From Antedon mediterranea (taxonomy: Eukaryota > Animalia > Echinodermata): a DNA stretch of 64,000 nt. Positions 1-11,836 of this stretch are shown one piece after another. A program made the position numbers and the translations under genes. The notes beneath the pieces are model-generated. The model saw only the letters and a list, made by a program, of their open reading frames with translations. It did not search any database and was not told the origin of the DNA. The stretch's first letter is position 1. Every line of letters starts with the position of its first letter. Where the stretch lies: assembly GCF_964355755.1 (NCBI RefSeq), contig NC_092671.1, positions 35,350,304 through 35,414,303 of the forward strand, in the 5' to 3' direction.

Positions 1-11
1 TTTGCTCTTAC

Positions 12-3000
12 GGGTCCACTGATTGTTCCTGAGCCTAGTAGGTCACCAGGTTGAATGTTGCAGCCTGTGACGGAGTGATGGGCCAACTGCTGCTTCATAG
101 TCCAGTACAGGTACTATCAAATGATGATATAGAAATGTTACAAAACAATAATATGAAAGGATATAATATAAATGTAATATAAGTGTTTTATGTTGACAAA
201 CATATGTAATGTTACAAACAAATCAGTCTTACGAGAGTCTTCTGGGATAAGGACTATAATCCATAGGTTCAGTGTACACATCTAGCTCATAGTACACCTA
301 GTACATCTTTTGAGATGAGTAGGGGGTTACTCCGGTGTACTAGTACATCACGGCCACTGATCATAACTGGGCACTCTGGGAGACCAGTCTTTGACTGAAG
401 AGGTCGCCAAGAATAAATAAATAATAATAAAAAAAAGATCTAGTTTCTGGGGCTGCAGTCAATTATTGAATAAATGATTACCTTAGCATTTGAATTTGAG
501 ACCACCTTGCCTTCGCTCATGCCATCACCTGAAAAACAAAATGTAGATATACTATTAGACAAGGGTTATTTATATAAAGATTAACTTGAGATGCCCCAAA
601 ACAGACATAGAACACCACATAAATTATAATTCTATCTGGCTAGATTCTTAGATTTACAGCCACATTGTTGTGGTATGGATAGAATAGAAAAAAGAATTAC
701 CTTTGAGTTTAACTGAAAGATTTATATCAAAATTGTAGTCATCTTCATGGTATAGATATGGAAGAGGTTTAGGATCCTGAAAAACAACATAAAAACGGTA
801 TAACAAGCACTGTAGTTTATAAACTAGAGTGTAATCTGTAAATCTAGACCTATAAGATCTGTCTACACTATAAAATTAGTTTTACAAAAAAGTGTGATGT
901 ACCCAATTATGGTAAGTGCTATTCCTAAATATGGTAGTGATATGACATCATCAGGGACACACAAACATTGCTTTAGATGTCCAAGATCAAGGTAAATCAA
1001 GATTAAATTAGCAAGAAGTCTTGAGGCCCCAAAATATGTTGTGAAAATGTGACCAGGGTAACTATGTCCATATTTGGGCACATCAAATTTGTTTGTCACA
1101 TAAAGTTTGATAGTGTGGACAGAGCAAAAGTAGCAGATGATGGTGTTCTACTTAAGCTCTGTCTACAAATCAAACTTGTTTGACTAAAAAAGTGTGATGT
1201 GTCCAAATATCGTAGTGATATGGCCAAATATGGTAGTGATATGACATCATTAAATATGGCCACACCACATTCTCACATATCACTACCATATTTAAGCACT
1301 TACCTGTGTTTCATTAGCAACCGTGTATGGGGCAAGTGCTTCCATTGTTACGATCCATGGCGAGATGCTTGTGCCAAAGTTCTTTGCTAAGAAAGGTCCA
1401 AGGGGTACATACTCCCACTTCTGAATATCTCGGGCTGTAAAAAAATATCATGACAAACTACATTACAATTAATTAGTTGGGCAACACACTTACGCACATG
1501 CAAGTCATACACCATGTACATTTGTCTAGTGCAACTATGGTAGTTACCCAGATTCATATCATCTACTGAAGCTACAGTAGTCAACTTGCACTTTTTTTGG
1601 CCTGTAGTTTGGGTTATAGATCTTACACCTGCCCTTACAGATCAGTCAATCAAATAAAAGAATATTAATCCATTACTAAACACGCCATTTGAGCACTTAT
1701 TATCTTACTCCTAGCCTTACAGATCAGTCAATCAAATAAAAGAATATTAATCCATTACTAAACACGCCATTTGAGCACTTATGATCTTACTCCTGCCCTT
1801 ACAGATCAGTCAATCAAATAAAAGAATATTAATCCATTACTAAACACTCCATTTGAGCACTTATGATCTTACTCCTGCCCTTACAGATCAGTCAATCAAA
1901 TAAAAGAATATTAATCTGTTACTAAAAACGCCATTTGAGCACTTATTATCTTACTCCTGCCCTTACAGATCAGTCAATCAAATAAAAGAATATTAATCTG
2001 TTACTAAAAACGCCATTTGAGCACTTATGATCTTACTCCTGCCCTTACAGATCAGTCAATCAAATAAAAGAATATTAATCTGTTACTAAAAACGCCATTT
2101 GAGCACTTATGATCTTACTCCTGCCCTTACAGATCAGTCAATCAAATAAAAGAATATTAATCCATTACTAAACACCCCATTTGAGCACTTATAATTTTAC
2201 TCCTAGGCTTACAGATCAGTCAATTGGATAAAAGAATATTAAACTGTTACTCAACACTCCATTTGAGCACTTACCGCTCCAATCATTCATGACAACACAA
2301 CCAAATATATGATCCTGTGCTTTATCAATGGCGATTGGCTCTCCTAACTTGTTTCCTGGTCCAGTGAAAAATGCCTACAAAAAAGGTATAGAAACCAAAT
2401 GGACCAATGACAAATAAATACATCATGAAAACAACATCAACACTGCAGCACTTGGATACTACCTCTGCAATAAAGCTCTGTCTACACTCTCAAACTAGTT
2501 TGACAAAAAAAGTGTGATGTGCCCAAATATGGTAGTGATATGCTCAAATAAGTTACTGAAATGACATCATTGTGTCCATAGGCACATCACATTTTGTTGT
2601 CACATAAAGCTTGATAATGTAGACAGAGCTTAAGCAATATTCTGTGCAACTTAAACAATTATATCACTGTACCATTTCTAGCTCAAAATCCATCAACTTG
2701 CAGGCTCCCAAAACAGGAGGTTCTATTGGAAAAGGAATATAAAAACATATAATAAATGTTTGTTTGCATATTTTACAGGACAAGCAAGAACTATTACAGG
2801 AAGAGAACAAGAACATGCTTTCAAACTCTTGTTAGCAGTGCTGTTTTAGTCCTGTCATAGTCCGGTATTTGGCTTAGTACCCTTTTTAACCAAGCTCATC
2901 ACTACTAACTTTACTGAAATATTGTTATTGACATTTTACTAAGCTAGCTAAAATCAATTTACTTACTGTCCTCTGGTTTCTGCTGTCCACAAGGCCTCTT

Positions 3001-6000
3001 TAATGGAGTGCCAGAAATGACAACAGATGATGCACGGCCATGGTAACCAACTGGAAGATGTCGCCTAATAAACAAATTTATACTTTGATTAAGCTCTGTC
3101 TACACTATCAAAAATATAAATATGGACATGACGATGTCATATCACTGCCATATTTGGGCATATCACTGCCATATTTGAGCATATCACTACCATATTTGGG
3201 CGTATCACTACCATATTTGGGCGTATCACTACCATATTTGGGCGTATCACTACCATATTTGGGCATATCACTACCATATTTGGGCATATCACCTAGTACC
3301 ACTTGATTCAATATTAAATGTTTATTGTTATTATATCATCTTAACCAGTTGAGACAGAAAGATGGTCTTACATCGAAGGTTTAGATTTTCTATTTGACTT
3401 TTTTTATTTGACTATTTAGTTTTGATATTTGTTATGGACCTTCTTGTGGTCATTAAGCTATGTTTGTCTGCTAGATACAGTTCAATCTTTTTTCTTTCTA
3501 TATACAACAATGTCTACATTGTTTCTATCAAAACTAGTGCAGTGTTAGATATTAACAAAATGCCGATTGTATCCTAGATTCTCCATGGACACTTCATATT
3601 GCCACAAATATGTTATATCTTACCAGTTAGGTTGGAGGGCGTTGTCCTTCCCTCTGAACATCGTCCCAACATTTGTAGCATGATATCGAGACGAATAGAA
3701 GTCGGTGTAGTCTCCAATTCTAGCTGGTAAATGCATTGTTGCTTTGTCCTGGTCGACAAAAGCTCTAAAAAAAAAGATTATTATTTTTACTACATCACTA
3801 AAAACATCTTTTAACCACCTCTGGTGATAAGATCCTTTTAAAAAATATGGACCCTCTGGAATGACCTACCAAGTAATATTTGTCAATCATCAATCATCTA
3901 TTCTGTAAAAAAAAAATAAATTACATCCCTGAATCTAATTTCCTGAATAGCCTGGTAGTTGATTTGTGGAGGACCATGAATTATTTTTTGGGGTATTTAA
4001 TTTATTATCTATATTTGGTACAACTTAACCGGGTTATACGAACTAAGCCTGTATCGGCCCACAGATTTATTTGTACTGTCTCGGAAGATATAAGTAAGAT
4101 AAATAAAATACAAGCAATGAATGTAGTTTACTTACTGGGATCTTAGTGTGCTGTTGTCTCGCAGGGTTGGTTCATCAGCTGACAGCAGTTTGGTTAGCGT
4201 CACTCTTGCTTCTTGCCAGGCTGGCTTTCCCAATGCCATGAATGAATTCAATGTGGTCTATCAACACAAAATGAAACATCTTTAAAATGTATTAATTTAC
4301 TCATCAGATCAAGACATAACTTTGCGCTGATTACTACTAGCTGCATTATTATTGTTTCCGTACCTGTTTGATCCAAAAAATGACCGGGGTAATAATGTGG
4401 AGCGCATTGAGAGCTTGCTAATATATGCTATATAAAAATGAACTATTATTAATATTATTAATATTATTATTACTATGTTACGATTATTTTAATTTGAATA
4501 TTCTGCATTGCACAAGGTTTTAATGATTTAGGAACATTTAATGTACTAATACACATTTGAATATGAAATCTTAAAAAAAAACCAGTAAATTCCACATGAA
4601 CACTTACCTCCGAGAAAACATGGTTGCACTCTGACATAATTGGTCCATTGAAAAGATCCTTGACGACACTCAGGTCAAGAATCTTGTTGCCGATAGCAAC
4701 TCCAATACGATGTTGAGCCTAAGATAAGATACCAGAATTGGGAATAAGTAGAGTTAAGAATAGTAAGATGTAAATGAATGTAACAAGGTGAAGAACCTAT
4801 ACCACTTGTGACGTCACACACTGCACACCTTACCTCTTGATAATAGATAGAGGGTGCTGTTGACCTAATAAAACACCACCCTTCATTTGTTTAACTTCCG
4901 ATGTTGGCATGTATATATGTATATGCCTAATAACGTACGGTGATCGTTCCTTTAGTGTCTGCGCTCCATCTATATGTGAAACACTCTTCCGATTCACATC
5001 ACGAAATCAAAATCTACAAACTTGTTTAAAAGGCATCTGAAATCATATTTATTCCAACAAATTTACGAGTGCTAGCGGTTCTGGCGTTGCGCCTTACAAC
5101 TTATCTTTTTTGGAAAGAATTTGGAGCGTTATAAATACGAATTGAATGTATGACCGCCATTACATGAATGTATGGTCGCCATGTGTTAGTTGGTTCTAGT
5201 AGTAGGCCTAGTGTCGATTGATATTACTTTCGTTTATTTATTAAAAGTGTTCATATCTTTGTGAAGTTGAATAGTTTTTATTACCGTGGTGGCAGCGCAT
5301 TACCCACTACCGCGAAATCGCTTCAATAAACAGAAGACAGAGACTTTTCATACCTTTACAAATCACTGAACATTTTTTCTAGGCTACCGGACTCGATCCT
5401 GAAGTCTAGCTCGCATAGATAAATCGAACGCCCTCTCAGCCGACACGCGAGTAAAGCCTAGCCTTGTTACGTTACCGTCAGCGTCTACCGCTCACAACAT
5501 GGCTACTGCGAGAGCCTCAAAACAATGGCAACTTACCAAAAATGAAACAGTTAACTCCTTTGAAAACTGGCGACAGAATTTATTATATATTTTTTCTCTT
5601 GATGCCAATCTTTCACCATTCCTTGCGGACGCATTCACTTGGAAAAAGAAAACTGCAGGAAACCCCACAAGGGGAATACTTGACGATAAGGACACTGTCT
5701 CAGCCACATCGAGAAAAACATAGCACCAAAAAAATGCTCAACTTGAATATATGTTAAGCCAAATCGCCAACTTTTGCCCAGTTTTATCCAGGAATTCTAT
5801 TATAAAGCAATCGACATCTCTCTCTGATATTTGGCAAACAATTCGCCAGCATTTTGGTTTCCAGTCTTTAGGAGCGCACAACTTGGATCTCCCAACAAAC
5901 ATCACAACGCTACCAGCTAAAAAACCTCAGGCCGACTCCAAAGCATGTCTCGCAGCTATTTTCAACAAAGCACACTGGCCACAGTATAACAATTTTTCCA

Positions 6001-8405
6001 AACAAATGGCTCCTAACCAAGCTTTTAGTAAATCTTGCATTTTGTGCCAATCTTCTCAACGACCACACACTTCACACTCAGTAAGTCAGTGCAGATTTCT
6101 TCCAGCAGCTGATAGAAATAGTCTCGGCAATTCACATTTCCAGAGAAAAATTTCATTTAAAAATTTTGTTATTATTGCTATTATAACAAAACTGATTTTT
6201 GAGTCAAGAAACATAGTTTTCTATTGTATTTTTTGCTAAGCAATTTTAGAAATGTATATAGCAATAAGGTTGTTTTGTATAGCTTTTTGCTATGCTACAC
6301 TGGCGAAAATATTCACTGCATTTCATACTCGCAGAGAACGACTATACTACACTCCCTGACGAAGAACTCTGTATCATAGAGTGACCTCACTCAAGGTCCA
6401 CAACATGATCTGCCCACCGGCCTTATCGACAAACCAGCTTCAGCCGAGTCAATGTTATTCAAGCACCATCTCTACACTATTCCTATCATCATTTCCATGT
6501 GAAGGCGACACTTGACATTGATGCCACTACCAATTTCATTCAAGCATCACTTGATTGCCCAATTCTGTTTACCATTGGACTTTTATTTCTGTATTCCTGT
6601 TACCTGTCCACATTCTTTTATTTTGCTTTCATTGTGTTTTTTATTTTTTAACTTTTTGAAAGAAAGGTGGAAGGAAGAGGCGGTTGCGCCATCACACTCG
6701 CACGTCCTATCGATCGACATTGTGGTCGCCATGTGTTAGTTGGTTCTAGTAGTAGGCCTAGTGTCGATTTATTTTATTAAAAGTTTATTTATTAAAAGTG
6801 TTCATATATTTGTGAAGTTGATTAGTCTTTATTGCCGGACTATCTAATATTTAATTTTTTATTATAATTTATGCCCTACTTTTCCAGGTTCTCTGTACTA
6901 CAAGTATACTAAATATTCAATCAATCTTGTTTGAACATAAGGACTGAACGCCTGTAGTTCATTAGCAATTTCATTGGACAATTAAACTGCCAGCATATTT
7001 CTTTTGTTTTCACAGTGAAACTATAATTTGGACGAAGATCCGATGATGGTAGAGAATGCAACATAGTTACTGTAATATAATACCAGCAAAAATTGTTGTA
7101 GATGTATCATATGTACGAATAGGTATAAATCAATGAAACATGCTGGGGCACATTGCTTATTGGGAAGGGTAGTCAGGCCATGGAGGAATCTTATTTTTAC
7201 CTCCATGGTCAGACAGGATGATGGTATTGGTACAGTCAACCACTTCTGATCAAATCAGAGTCAAACATAATTTGCATATACCAAATAGTTAAAAACAATA
7301 GGATATTTTTCCAAACTACAGGACAGCAGTTTAATTTTACGTTATGTCTATAAAGATACGGTACCGTATCCATACTTTTAAAAACTAAAGGTACGGTAAT
7401 TATAGAGGGCGCTATGTAATGTGGATGTTAATCAAATAGGTTATTGCATGGGTTTTCTGCAAGCCAGCTGTGTAGCCTAGTGGGCATGTGATGAGGCTTT
7501 GGCTTAAGGGGTTGGGGGTTCGATACTCTTCCTGACGTCTTTTTATTTTTTTTTTTAGTTTTTAATTTAAGAGAGATTATTTAGAGGATTAGGTTTTTAA
7601 TATTTAGGAAGGAGTTTAATATTTAGGAAGGAGTTTTATATTTAGGAACGAGTTTTATATTTAGGAACGAGTTTTATATTTAGGTACGAGTTTTAGGAAT
7701 GCAATTTTACCGTACTTTTAGCAAACGGAAGCGCCCTCTATAATTACCGTATCTTTAGTTTTTAAAAGCATTGATACGGTACCGTATCTTTAGCAACGGA
7801 GTTAATTTTATATTCTAATTAAAATATTACCGATTCTTATAATATCAGGGAACATTTTCGCCAGTGTAGCATAGCAAAAAGCTATACAAAACAATCTTAT
7901 TGCTAAATTGTGTAGCAAAAAATACAATACAAAACTATGTTTCTCGACTTAATTAAAAATCAGTTTGATTAGCAATATTGGTAAACAAAATTGTTAAATG
8001 AAATTTTTCCCTGAATATGGTAGTAGGCCTATGACTTAAATTATAATTTGTTGGTATAGGCCTAGGCTAGGCCTACACTGAATGAATGAAATTGATATAT
8101 TTATATTCCTAATTCTTTTTGTTCATAAAAACCAAATAAAAACAGGCACACCGGCACACCTCCAATATCGACCAATCAACGTGCTCCAAACGCCGCCTCC
8201 CACACCGTTTTAAACCGTACACACTCTCTCTTATTATAGTACTAGTAGTAGTAATGGTGTAGGCCCATCAGCAGGCCTAGCTATTACTGGCCTACACATC
8301 CAGACAAAGCATGATGATACTTACATTTTCTGCAGTAGAAAATACGCCGTATGGAAGATTTTGAATCGGGAAGTGGCAATCCTTGTCGTATACAATATAT
8401 GACAT
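12..8405 (-). CDS. FAH: Fumarylacetoacetase (fumarylacetoacetate hydrolase); 3' exons lie beyond the left edge
   Basis: GT-AG exons 8405-8325 ([27 protein letters not shown]), 4718-4608 ([14 protein letters not shown]), 4257-4136 ([17 protein letters not shown]), 3764-3624 ([24 protein letters not shown]), 3064-2967 ([19 protein letters not shown]), 2722-2673 (MDFELEM), 2374-2275 ([12 protein letters not shown]), 1434-1304 ([14 protein letters not shown]), 776-701, 528-482, 113-12 ([32 protein letters not shown]). The frame is continuous over 353 codons and the motifs match vertebrate FAH. Confidence 0.97.
1619..2273. repeat. 82-bp tandem repeat, 8 copies, in an FAH intron
   Basis: ACAGATCAGTCAAT recurs at 1637, 1719, 1801, 1883, 1965, 2047, 2129, 2211. 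Confidence 0.97.
2473..2631. mobile_element. MITE family A (TIR AAGCTCTGTCTACACTATCAAACT), full copy
   Basis: TIRs at both ends, TAA flanks, internal GCCCAAATATGGTAGTGATAT motif. Other partial or diverged copies at about 853-1124, 1154-1297, 16391-16481, 26467-26623, 34967-35121, 47435-47549, 49229-49345, 51841-51995, 56915-57034. Confidence 0.9.
3091..3291. mobile_element. MITE family A, one-ended copy with about 7 tandem 20-bp units
   Basis: TIR at 3091, then (ATCACTACCATATTTGGGCRT)n. Confidence 0.9.
4930..5145 (+). mobile_element. Decayed L2-type LINE 3' end
   Basis: Translates with a frameshift to [24 protein letters not shown]. Confidence 0.7.
5173..6836 (+). mobile_element. Internally deleted Gypsy-like LTR retrotransposon in FAH intron 1
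   Basis: Direct repeats 5173-5285 and 6723-6836; PBS-like TGGTGGCAGCG at 5287; purine tract about 6658-6683 before the 3' repeat; broken gag-like ORFs (5499-5723 and from 5751) with a Cys/His motif CILC..H..H....C; no pol. Confidence 0.78.
6141..6319. mobile_element. MITE (CAGGGAA-type TIR) nested in the LTR element
   Basis: Flanked by a CATTTC duplication; related copies at 7847-8013 (inverted) and about 25005-25127. Confidence 0.75.
7350..7793. mobile_element. Inverted-repeat element with internal tRNA-like promoter and 19-bp repeats
   Basis: About 62-bp IR (7350-7412 / 7730-7793); internal TAGCCTAGTGG...GGTTCGATAC; (ATATTTAGGAACGAGTTTT)n. Confidence 0.7.
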
Positions 8406-9497
8406 ATTTGGATGTCGATAAACTAAATTATTATTTTAAAATGATAGCAAATGGGTAGGCTAGAAATCTCTCAAACCCAGCTAAAAACCAACAAGATTCA
8501 AGAAACACGTTTTGTTGGAAAGAGCTGCTGCATGCTGAGGGAGTCTTTTTTTTTTTATTCCAGCGCCCTCTAGAGTTCATAAAGGATTTTGTTATTTTTC
8601 ATTACCACCAAAAAGGAAAATTAATATACCAAGTGATCAAATGAAAAAAAACCCATTATGTTTTTAATCGTTTGTACTTATTTATTTGTTCTACAGTTCT
8701 ATTAAAATTATATACAATCATATAATTCTTATCCCTACTATTCAAAAAGATTTTTATAAAATGGAATAAAATAATAGGACTGTATTCCATGCACCAATGG
8801 TACAAATTGTTATTTCTATACAATCATTGTAAATATAGTATTATTAAACTGTATTAAAAAAAAAATAGAAAATAACAAATCAAAAAGAAAAAAAATCAAT
8901 TTGATATTTTAGAACCCTCACTCTGCTGGAAACATTTCCACCCAACCCCACATATTTCCTTAACCACACCCATGTAAAATTTAAATATAAATTATATATT
9001 TTATTAATAATTATTATGAAAGCACATGTAATTTGTAAAAATACACAATTCATAATTACTTTTTTACTCATTATCCTAAATATATCACTTATTGATCAAT
9101 CAATCAATCAGTATGACATCATTATTAACTAACAACCTCAACATTTACAGTGAAATATCAGTAATGATAGAGATATAATAAATCATTATCAAATTAATAC
9201 CAAAAAAATCACAGAAAGTAGTTATGCCTACTGTATAACCTTCAGAATTGTAGTTAAGTAATAAAAAAAAACAGAATTGAGTGTGTTAAAATTATGATTG
9301 TAAATCAAATAAAATAGGCATGTATACAAATCTAAAATGTTTTTTTTTAAATAAAATTAAAAGTGAAGAGTTCTAAACACCCACACATACAAGTTTTAAA
9401 AATAACAAACTAAAATTGCATAAAGTAAATTCAATACATCCAAAAACACAAGAAACAACTCTCTCTTTAAGCAAGAAATTGGAGGATACTTATATAT

Positions 9498-9930
9498 CCG
9501 TATTTATTCGAATAAACGCACCGCCCTGAAAAATGCCTCCCTCGAATATATGCCACCCCCGCCCCATAGAACAAAATTTTGAATAAACGCCCCCCCCCCC
9601 ACCCCCACCTCGAATAAACTCCTATTTATTTATGTCCTCAAATAAACGCCCTGCCATATGCATTATATACACAATATTATATACACATTTCTATTTGTAG
9701 TAGAATTCATTGATTGACATGATCTACAATTTACCAAGCATTTTCATACAATTTTTACTGTATTTTATCACTTCTCGATATTAATTGTGTTGTATTTTTT
9801 CATATCTAGGGGTATTTATTAGATAATACATGTTACCATTACACCAAAAAAACACCTCCCTGAATAAACGCTCCTCTAAAAACTCTCCTGAACAATAAAC
9901 GCCTCGGGGTGTTTAATCGAATAAATACGG
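9498..9930. mobile_element. pogo-like MITE
   Basis: TIR CCGTATTTATTCGAATAAAC; repeated subterminal GAATAAACGC. Confidence 0.82.
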
Positions 9931-10082
9931 TTTATACTGCTCTAAATATAAATGGGTCAGCCTGTACCCACGTTTTACAATCATCAATATGGCAAATAGT
10001 ACATCAAGAATGTGTGAAATAATATAGAGAACATTTCTCCTTCGCTACATGCTATCATATGCCTAAGCCCAATACCATACTA

Positions 10083-10214
10083 AAGCTCTGTCTACACTAC
10101 CAAACTAGTTGACAAAAAAGTGGTAGTGATATGCTTAAATATTGTGATCATCATGTCTATATGGGCACATCATATTTTTTTGCCACATAAAGTTTGATAG
10201 TGTAGACATAGCTT
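10083..10214. mobile_element. MITE family A copy
   Basis: Both TIRs present. Confidence 0.88.
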
Positions 10215-10520
10215 TACATTGTCAATTCCATATTAAGTTTTCCTTTTCCCTAATATATTATAATAAAGTGTACAAATAAATTGCATCATCCCAAGAAGTA
10301 TACACAAGGATGGTAAAATATTTTAAATAGCTTTTTAGCAACAAATATTTAATAAATTAACTTATTTTACAAGTTTTCCAAGACATCTACACAACTTGCT
10401 CAAAAGCATAGCCAGAGACCCTATTTGTTTGCAATTTTTTGTTATACCAATTTTTTAACTGTGGAGAAATGCATAGCATAGAGTTACACAATTACTTTTT
10501 ATTTATTTCAATTATTCAAG

Positions 10521-10673
10521 TTAAGCTTGGTTCTCAATTGGGAAGATACAACGACATAACGCAAGTACGTAACGCTACATTAAGTGACCAATCACAAGTC
10601 GCTTGTCATTGGTCAACTCGCTTGCTTTGGGTCTACATCCTTGCGTTGCGTACTAGTGGGAACCAAGCTTAAG
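10521..10673. mobile_element. Short MITE (AAGCTTGGTTC TIR)
   Basis: TTAAGCTTGGTTC...GAACCAAGCTTAA; decayed relatives at about 15635-15770 and 43355-43463. Confidence 0.75.
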
Positions 10674-11186
10674 AACTCTAATCTCCACTAATGATATTAT
10701 ACTGTACTGTATATGTAAACAAAAATCATTGGACTAAACCCTGAGCTGAGCATATGAAATCTGGCTATTGGTCTCCTGAGCTAATTGTAGTCTGCTGCCC
10801 CCACATAGTAAATAAAAAAATAATTTAAATAGACGTATTATTAACAATGGTATTGGTCTCCAACTACAAACTTTGTTTGCACACAGAGAAATTAAGTCTA
10901 AACTAATTTCTTCATGGTTTAAACTGACAATTTGTCAAAATACTGTGCGTTTTTTTAAAAATAAATAGTCACTCATGCAAATATGGTGTATAGTACAAAA
11001 ATTAATTATCTTGTTTTTTTTTTCTATATTAGCAAAGGTAGAAAAATTGACAATTGGACGATAAAGCACCAACAATGGCTGGGGAAACAACTATGATATC
11101 ATTGGAATGATAAAAGCAACCCTATAGCAGTATAGGTTTGAAAAGAATTTTATGCAATTATTTCAAGAGAAGACGATGACAATATA

Positions 11187-11615
11187 AAGGCTGGTGCACA
11201 CTGAATAATCACATGTGAAGCGGCACGTATCAAGCGCCAAAGCAAAGCGAGTCACGTGCAGCTTTGAAAAAGTTAGACCATCGCGAACAAAGTGTTGCGA
11301 TCTGAATATGTTCCCATTCATTGGAAGCTCAGGGTCACGCATCATTTTCGCCAGACAGTTCCGGTTCGATCTGGTGATAGAGAGAGAAGCTAATAGCTAT
11401 AGGCTAGTAGGCCTAGAGAAGCTGGGCCTAGGTATTTACAAATGTATCTCCAATACACTTTTTTTTAAATACACGCATCCACTGAAAAGTTGAAAATCAA
11501 ACGATGCCTACAAGTTTGATTTGATACACTGAAATCGTCCGTCGCTGCAAAATCACGGTCCGCCGATTTTATGTTTGCCGCTTCGCATGTGAATTGTTCA
11601 ATGAGCACCAGCCTT
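11187..11615. mobile_element. PIF/Harbinger-like MITE
   Basis: About 40-bp imperfect TIR AGGCTGGTGCACACTGAATAATCACATGTGAAGCGGCA; TAA flanks. Confidence 0.8.
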
Positions 11616-11836
11616 AACATAGCTGTGGTGTGATAAAGTATATTGATAACAATGAATTTGACAATGATGATGATCATTGTTGGTGCTAATCACAATGATG
11701 ATAGCAGGGTTATAAGTAGCACGGATTGTGGTGAATGGTATTATATTAAATCTTATTAAATACTGTCAATGTTAAGTATTAAAATACTGTACTTTTATTT
11801 TAAGCATTAAAATTCAATTTAAACTTGTCTTTCTTT

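Noticed and set aside
3040-3311. Repetitive ORFs (ISLPYLG)n and (PKYGSD)n
   Set aside because: Translations of the MITE 20-bp repeats, not genes.
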